Shown: piece by piece, positions 58,652 to 64,000 of the stretch | How positions within the stretch are numbered: the first letter of the stretch is position 1 | Layout of the letters: each line of letters begins with the position of its first letter | Assembly: GCA_002269645.1 (NCBI GenBank) | Contig: NIVC01000013.1 | Coordinates: forward strand, 1,240,001-1,304,000 | DNA: 64,000 nucleotides | Reading direction: 5' to 3' | Source of the DNA: Macrostomum lignano | Taxonomy: Eukaryota | Made by a program: the position numbers and the translations under genes | The notes under the pieces: generated by a model | What the model was told of the DNA's origin: nothing | What the model saw: the letters and a program-made list of their open reading frames with translations, nothing else | Database searches by the model: none

Positions 58652-61637
58652 TTATTTGCGCGCCGCTCTGTATGGTGGAACATAAGTGACGGCTGCCAGG
58701 GCCAGGAACGCAACTTCAATGAGTTTGAGCACTAAGGTAAACAGGAGCACGGTTAGCCAGAATTTCTGGCTACTATAAAAACTGCACGAGCCAGTCTTGT
58801 CGCACCCGCTGATCCACAAACTGCAGGTGGAGTCGAACAGCTGGCCCAGCAGCGGAGGCCCCGGGATGCTGCCAAACAGTCTGACAATGACCCACTGCAG
58901 ACCGAGGCCAAGATCCTTCAGCTCGGCGGGCACCACTCGCATAGTGCACTGCAGAGTCGGCACTGATAGCGAAAATATGCAAGTAGTTAGCAGGAATAGC
59001 ATGACGATAATTACGGAAGTTTTGGCGCATTTTCCTTCCAAACAGAAGCCTGCCGAGTCCTGCCTTGCAGCGAATCCGTCAGACGTTCGAGCCGTGATGC
59101 AGCTGCAGTTGGAGAAGTAGTGGACTCCGTCAATTACAGTGCCGTTGTCTTGACAGCCTGAAAATGACAGGAAGTTTGAGAGAGTTTTCTTAGGCAGCCT
59201 TGGGCAACAGTCAAACGATTCCCTTCGATACCTGAGCACACGCACGGATGGATAAGTGCGCAGGAACAGACTCGCGCAGTGTGTGTGCATAGGTCTTGAT
59301 TTTTAGGCATGTACATGTATTGCACACTCTGTGCCTTTGAGGTTGGCCCTCATGTGAGCGAATTGCACGACCACCCCAAAGGCCTGTCATCGAGCGCAAG
59401 CCCCAAAAACACTTTGACACGAGAATCGGACGCAGTGACCGCTAAGCCACTCATCACACTTTGACACGAGAATCGGACGCAGTGACCGCTAAGCCACTCA
59501 TCACACTTTGACACGAGAATCGGACGCAGTGACCGCTAAGCCACTCATCACACTTTGACACGAGAATCGGACGCAGTGACCGCTAAGCCACTCATCACAC
59601 TTTGACACGAGAATCGGACGCAGTGACCGCTAAGCCACTCATCACACTTTGACACGAGAATCGGACGCAGTGACCGCTAAGCCACTCATCACACTTTGAC
59701 ACGAGAATCGGACGCAGTGACCGCTAAGCCACTCATCACACTTTGACACGAGAATCGGACGCAGTGACCGCTAAGCCACTCATCACACTTTGACACGAGA
59801 ATCGGACGCAGTGACCGCTAAGCCACTCATCACACTTTGACACGAGAATCGGACGCAGTGACCGCTAAGCCACTCATCACACTTTGACACGAGAATCGGA
59901 CGCAGTGACCGCTAAGCCACTCATCACACTTTGACACGAGAATCGGACGCAGTGACCGCTAAGCCACTCATCACACTTTGACACGAGAATCGGACGCAGT
60001 GACCGCTAAGCCACTCATCACACTTTGACACGAGAATCGGACGCAGTGACCCCTAAGCTACGCCGCCCCTGCGAACCTGCGAAGCAGGGCGAATAATAGA
60101 CGATTTTGTCAGCTCCGCACACCGGGTTGTACATGAACTTGTTCTCCTGACAGCTGCAGTTCTTATTGCAATCGACTGTCAGTTTGTAGAGACGCTGCTG
60201 GTCGGCCGACATCGGATAATGCTGATTGATGCCCGCAAATCTCTGGCCCCGACATTTGAGCAGGAGGCCCAGCGCGAACAGCGAGCTGATGGCGGCGGAG
60301 GCCACGCAGAACCAGAGCAGGCGGCCCAGCGGCAGGTTGGAGAAGCGGATCAGCAGGCCGCCAGCCAGCATGCCTATGACGCCGGCAAAAACTGTGACCA
60401 GCCCCATCACCAGGGTGGCCCTGCTAGTTGAGAACTCAAACAGTGTGCGCAGAATCTTCGGCCCGAAGGTGGACAGGCTGGCCAGAAGGAGCAGCTGAAC
60501 TGCCCCAGCAAACGATAGGAACAGCATTGTTGGGTTCTTCAATAGCACCATCAGCGACTGGAAGAAGCCCATCGAGCTGCCGTTGATTGCCGAAGGCGCG
60601 TCCTTCACCAGATCGTCGAGTCTGTGCGCCTCCGGAACTCGTTTCCTCTTCAGCCGAATTCTGGCGGATCCCTGAAAGCTCTTCGGGAAGCCGAACATCG
60701 GCCCGGCGATTGCGACTGAGGCCAGGGCGGACAACAAGAAGCCGATCCACCAGGCGCCAACCCACAGGCTGCTGTTGTTGGGGCTGATATCCGACGGCGT
60801 CGCGCTTGGCTCCACGTACACGTTGAGAAGCCTGGCATTTAGCAGGAAACCAACGGCGGGTCCGATGATGCTCATAGCGTAGTAAATCCCCAAGAAGGTG
60901 CCAGAATCTTCCATGCTGAGATTGTCGTCCAGATAGGCGACGCCAAGAGTGTACAGCGGCGAGGCGCCGACGCCATGCAGGAACTGGCCTGTCCAGAACA
61001 CGTACTTGTAACTGTTCAAATTTTGACTGTTGCAAAACTTCGGGTAGATCTTGTTGGGTTCCGGGTAGCACACTGACGGAACCGGGCTCTGGTAGATGTA
61101 CTTGTCCGTGATCAGGTGGGGTAGGAAAAATACGAACGAACCTAAGCCCATCACTAGCAGGCCGATGGAGATGAGGCGGCTGCGCCGGTGCCCGTGGCCG
61201 AAGTAACTGACTGGCACCACGCACACGAGGCATCCCATGTCGTACATGGAGACAATGAAGCCGCTCTCCTTCGAGGTCAGCTCGTACCTCAGCTCGATTG
61301 GTGTTACCACGGACTTGACAAAGCCGGAAATCACCATGCCCTGGGTGAAGCTGCACAGGCAGAGCCACAGCAGCAGGCAGGACGGTCGGGCGAAGCACTG
61401 GCAGCACTCAGGCTGGCACTGCTGGTGCCAACCGCAGGCCACATCTGTCGGCTTCTCTTTGATCTCATCCAAGTTCGCTGCCGCAATGTCTAGCTGACTA
61501 CTGCCGCATGAAGGCCTTCGAGCCTCCACAGCTGGCGTTGCAGTTGATTCGATATGTTCCGGCTGATCGGATGTCGTGTCTTGAATTTGTTTAACTTCAT
61601 TAGTTCCGGTGTTTTCGTCGAATTTTACGATCTCCAT
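58652..61637 (-). CDS. Organic anion transporting polypeptide (OATP/SLCO, SLCO4-like); exons 61637-60077 and 59157-58652 (688 aa)
   Basis: WVGAWWIGFL OATP signature, Kazal-like PVCGAD..YYSPCFAG|C join, GSIPGPPLLGQLFDSTC. The phase-1 intron is compatible (2067 nt). Confidence 0.92.
59409..60056. repeat. Perfect 47-bp tandem array in the SLCO intron
   Basis: ACACTTTGACACGAGAATCGGACGCAGTGACCGCTAAGCCACTCATC, about 14 copies, no spacers. Confidence 0.95.
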
Positions 61638-61837
61638 TCTGCCTATTTGTTTACACGAGCGTATAGCGTGGACTTTATATATTCTTAAATTATGGACTTA
61701 AAACAAATTTCCTTACTCATTTCATCTTTGGCGTCTATGTTCTAAAAGGACTATAAAATTAGAAAGCTAAATTCTAATTTTATTTTAACGGAAAAATAGT
61801 AAAAAAAACGGAGCCGAGAATGTTGTCCGCTGTGTGT

Positions 61838-62212
61838 TTTGCCCGCTGGATGCTTTGCCTGTCGGGTGTCCTGCCCGCTGGATGCTTTGCCTGCCGGGTG
61901 TCCTGCCCGCTGGATGTTTTGCCTGTCGGGTGTCCTACCCGCTGGATGCTTTGCCTGTCGGGTGTCCTACCCGCTGGATGCTTTGCCTGTCGGGTGTCCT
62001 GCCCGCTGGATGCTTTGCCTGCCGGGTGTCCTGCCCGCTGGATGTTTTGCCTGTCGGGTGTCCTGCCCGCTGGATGCTTTGCCTGTCGAGTGTCCTGCCC
62101 GCTGGATGCTTTGCCTGTCGGGTGTCCTACCCGCTGGATGCTTTGCCTGTCGGGTGTCCTGCCCGCTGGATGCTTTGCCTGTCGGGTGTCCTGCCCGTCG
62201 GATGTTCTGCCC
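61838..62212. repeat. 32-bp minisatellite (CCTGCCCGCTGGATGCTTTGCCTGTCGGGTGT) upstream of the SLCO ATG
   Basis: Tandem units. They may lie in a 5'-UTR intron (acceptor CAG at 61639, donor GTAAGC at 62396 on the minus strand). Confidence 0.88.
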
Positions 62213-62642
62213 ACAGATACTATAAACACAGATATTTATAGTATCTGTGGTTTTTCCCATCGCTACGAGCGTACATGTACTTAGATCAATTTTAGCGCAA
62301 TTTTCTGCCTTTCTTCCCTAATATTTCTCTTTTGAAGACCTGCTTTATTGTAGCTCCTATATATATAGTAAATGTATCAATGCGAGCTGTGCTTACATCA
62401 AATTTCATAATTTTACATTCAGACCTGTGAATTTTTTACATCATGATCACAGGCCTATACATTGATGGATGACAGGTTGAAATAGATAGGGCGAAATCTG
62501 CAAAAATTAATGAATCTTTCTGACACACTTAGCGCAAATTATCAAGTACTATTAAAACAATTTCAATTTAATAATAAAGAGAATCTTTATCCTGTTATTT
62601 CCTGTTCAATGACCGCCATGGTCTATGCTTTTGTTTGTTTAA

Positions 62643-64000
62643 CTGTCAGCAAGGATTAAAGATTCCTTAGAACTGTATATTCCAGTAGGACAATGCCCCT
62701 ATAAGACAGGAACGTGTGAAACTACAGTGGACATGAAGAATGAGAAAGGATCACCACTAAATCGGCAACTACCAGATAAGCTATGGACTGTCTTGGAATT
62801 TTTTGATCTGAATTTTAAGATAATGGGAAAAAGACAACAACGCCTCATGTGGACACCCAACGCAGAAATAGACTGCCCCTATCAAGCGGACAGAAGAATA
62901 GAAGGGAAAATCCACACGGGATGGTTTATGTCTAACGACGCTACATTCGCGCTCACCTTCAAACACCCACCAACTACGCAAGACTTAACATGTGGAACAG
63001 AAACTACAAAATTATACAAAAGCGAGCAAGGCAAACTAGTGAAGGTTCACGGGCCCGAAGCGGAATTTCTTGAAATAATAGGAAGCACTTTCAATAACTC
63101 AAGCATAGCAAAAAGAGAAAAAAGAGCCTTAACAGCAGACACCACCCTAGCAGCAAAATTGCAAAGCACAGAACTCATGATGGAATCTAGAATAGGAGAC
63201 CTCACATGAAACATGATACTACAACAATGCCGACAGCAACAGACAGTATTTCGCTACATAAAGGACTTTCTACTCATGCAGCCCACGTTAGCCGCACGAA
63301 CGCTATTCAAAGACAAGCACCTGAAGGCCAAAACTCTAGCACAACACATAGCCATATTCAGATGTCTACCAGTTCGCAACTTCCACTTCTATCAGCCGAA
63401 ATGGAACGACAACATTTGCTTTTCCATGCCACCGATCGCCTCTTCGCTGTATAACACAAATCACATAGGATTTCTAGACGTAAGAACGTTGGAGATACAG
63501 AAAGAGTATCCACCATTTCACGATTGTTCCAATTAGACATCCTATTTTCTGCCCAAAGGCGACAAAATCTACAAGACAGATCTTAATTTCTCAGAATTCA
63601 CCGTCACCAAGCTAGAACGAGATGCTTGAGGTTTTAAGCTGCTAAAACCACCAGAGATTCAACAGCACCATATTCACACCAGACGGCGATATACAGATAG
63701 AGGATTTAAAGAGCCCAGTTACGGTACACGATCTGTACACACAGATGAGTGAGCAAAGAGAATTTTTACAGACAGTATTCAAACTGCCCAAATCAGAAAC
63801 ATCACATTCTATTCACTTACCGCCGTTGGACGCAATCACAGCACAAGGAACCTTCGATCCAGCTACATGGTTACCATGGCTAGGACTACGGGTTAATCTT
63901 TTCGATATTGCGGTAGGAATAGCTGCTATAGCATTTTACCTCCAACTACTCTACCATATGATCCTTATCTGCCACAGACTGAACAAACAAAAGTACCAAC
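62643..64000 (+). pseudogene. Decayed gB/chuvirus-like class III viral fusion glycoprotein (endogenous viral element or retroelement env), running off the window end
   Basis: One frame is interrupted by stops at 63207, 63534 and 63627, then a frameshift near 63660. Motifs: CPYKTGTC..W..DCPY, furin site KREKR, QPTLAARTLF..AKTLAQHIAIFRCLPV, CFSMPPI, and a C-terminal TM helix LFDIAVGIAAIAFYLQLLYHMILIC. Confidence 0.7.

Noticed and set aside
59409-60056. Possible CRISPR array
   Set aside because: Contiguous 47-bp units with no spacers.
60436-61407. 323-aa alternative-frame ORF inside SLCO
   Set aside because: Low-complexity shadow frame of a GC3-rich exon with no recognisable motifs.

Overview
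Eukaryotic (metazoan) genomic DNA with GC-rich exons, GT-AG introns and very dense tandem repeats. The style resembles a free-living flatworm such as Macrostomum, but that is an inference. Bases 1-14 kb and 17.5-23 kb are AT-rich and transposon-derived: hAT-, MULE- and P-like MITEs with readable TIRs/TSDs, two decayed THAP/P-type transposases and a foldback-like satellite. Seven protein genes were assembled by hand from splice sites: ARF6, intronless RPS13, NEDD4 (C2-4xWW-HECT), a divergent AGC kinase (-), a 10-exon ABCA5/6/8/9/10-like transporter, an intronless DEG/ENaC channel nested antisense in an ABCA intron, and an OATP/SLCO transporter (-). The window ends in a decayed gB/chuvirus-type class III viral fusion glycoprotein. 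The main unexplained pattern is that about 17 of 23 introns are filled almost splice-site to splice-site by minisatellites, nearly all with their own unit, and several arrays share a CAGGTG core. Most long ORFs in the supplied track are repeat artefacts. No CRISPR array, rRNA or intact tRNA was found.
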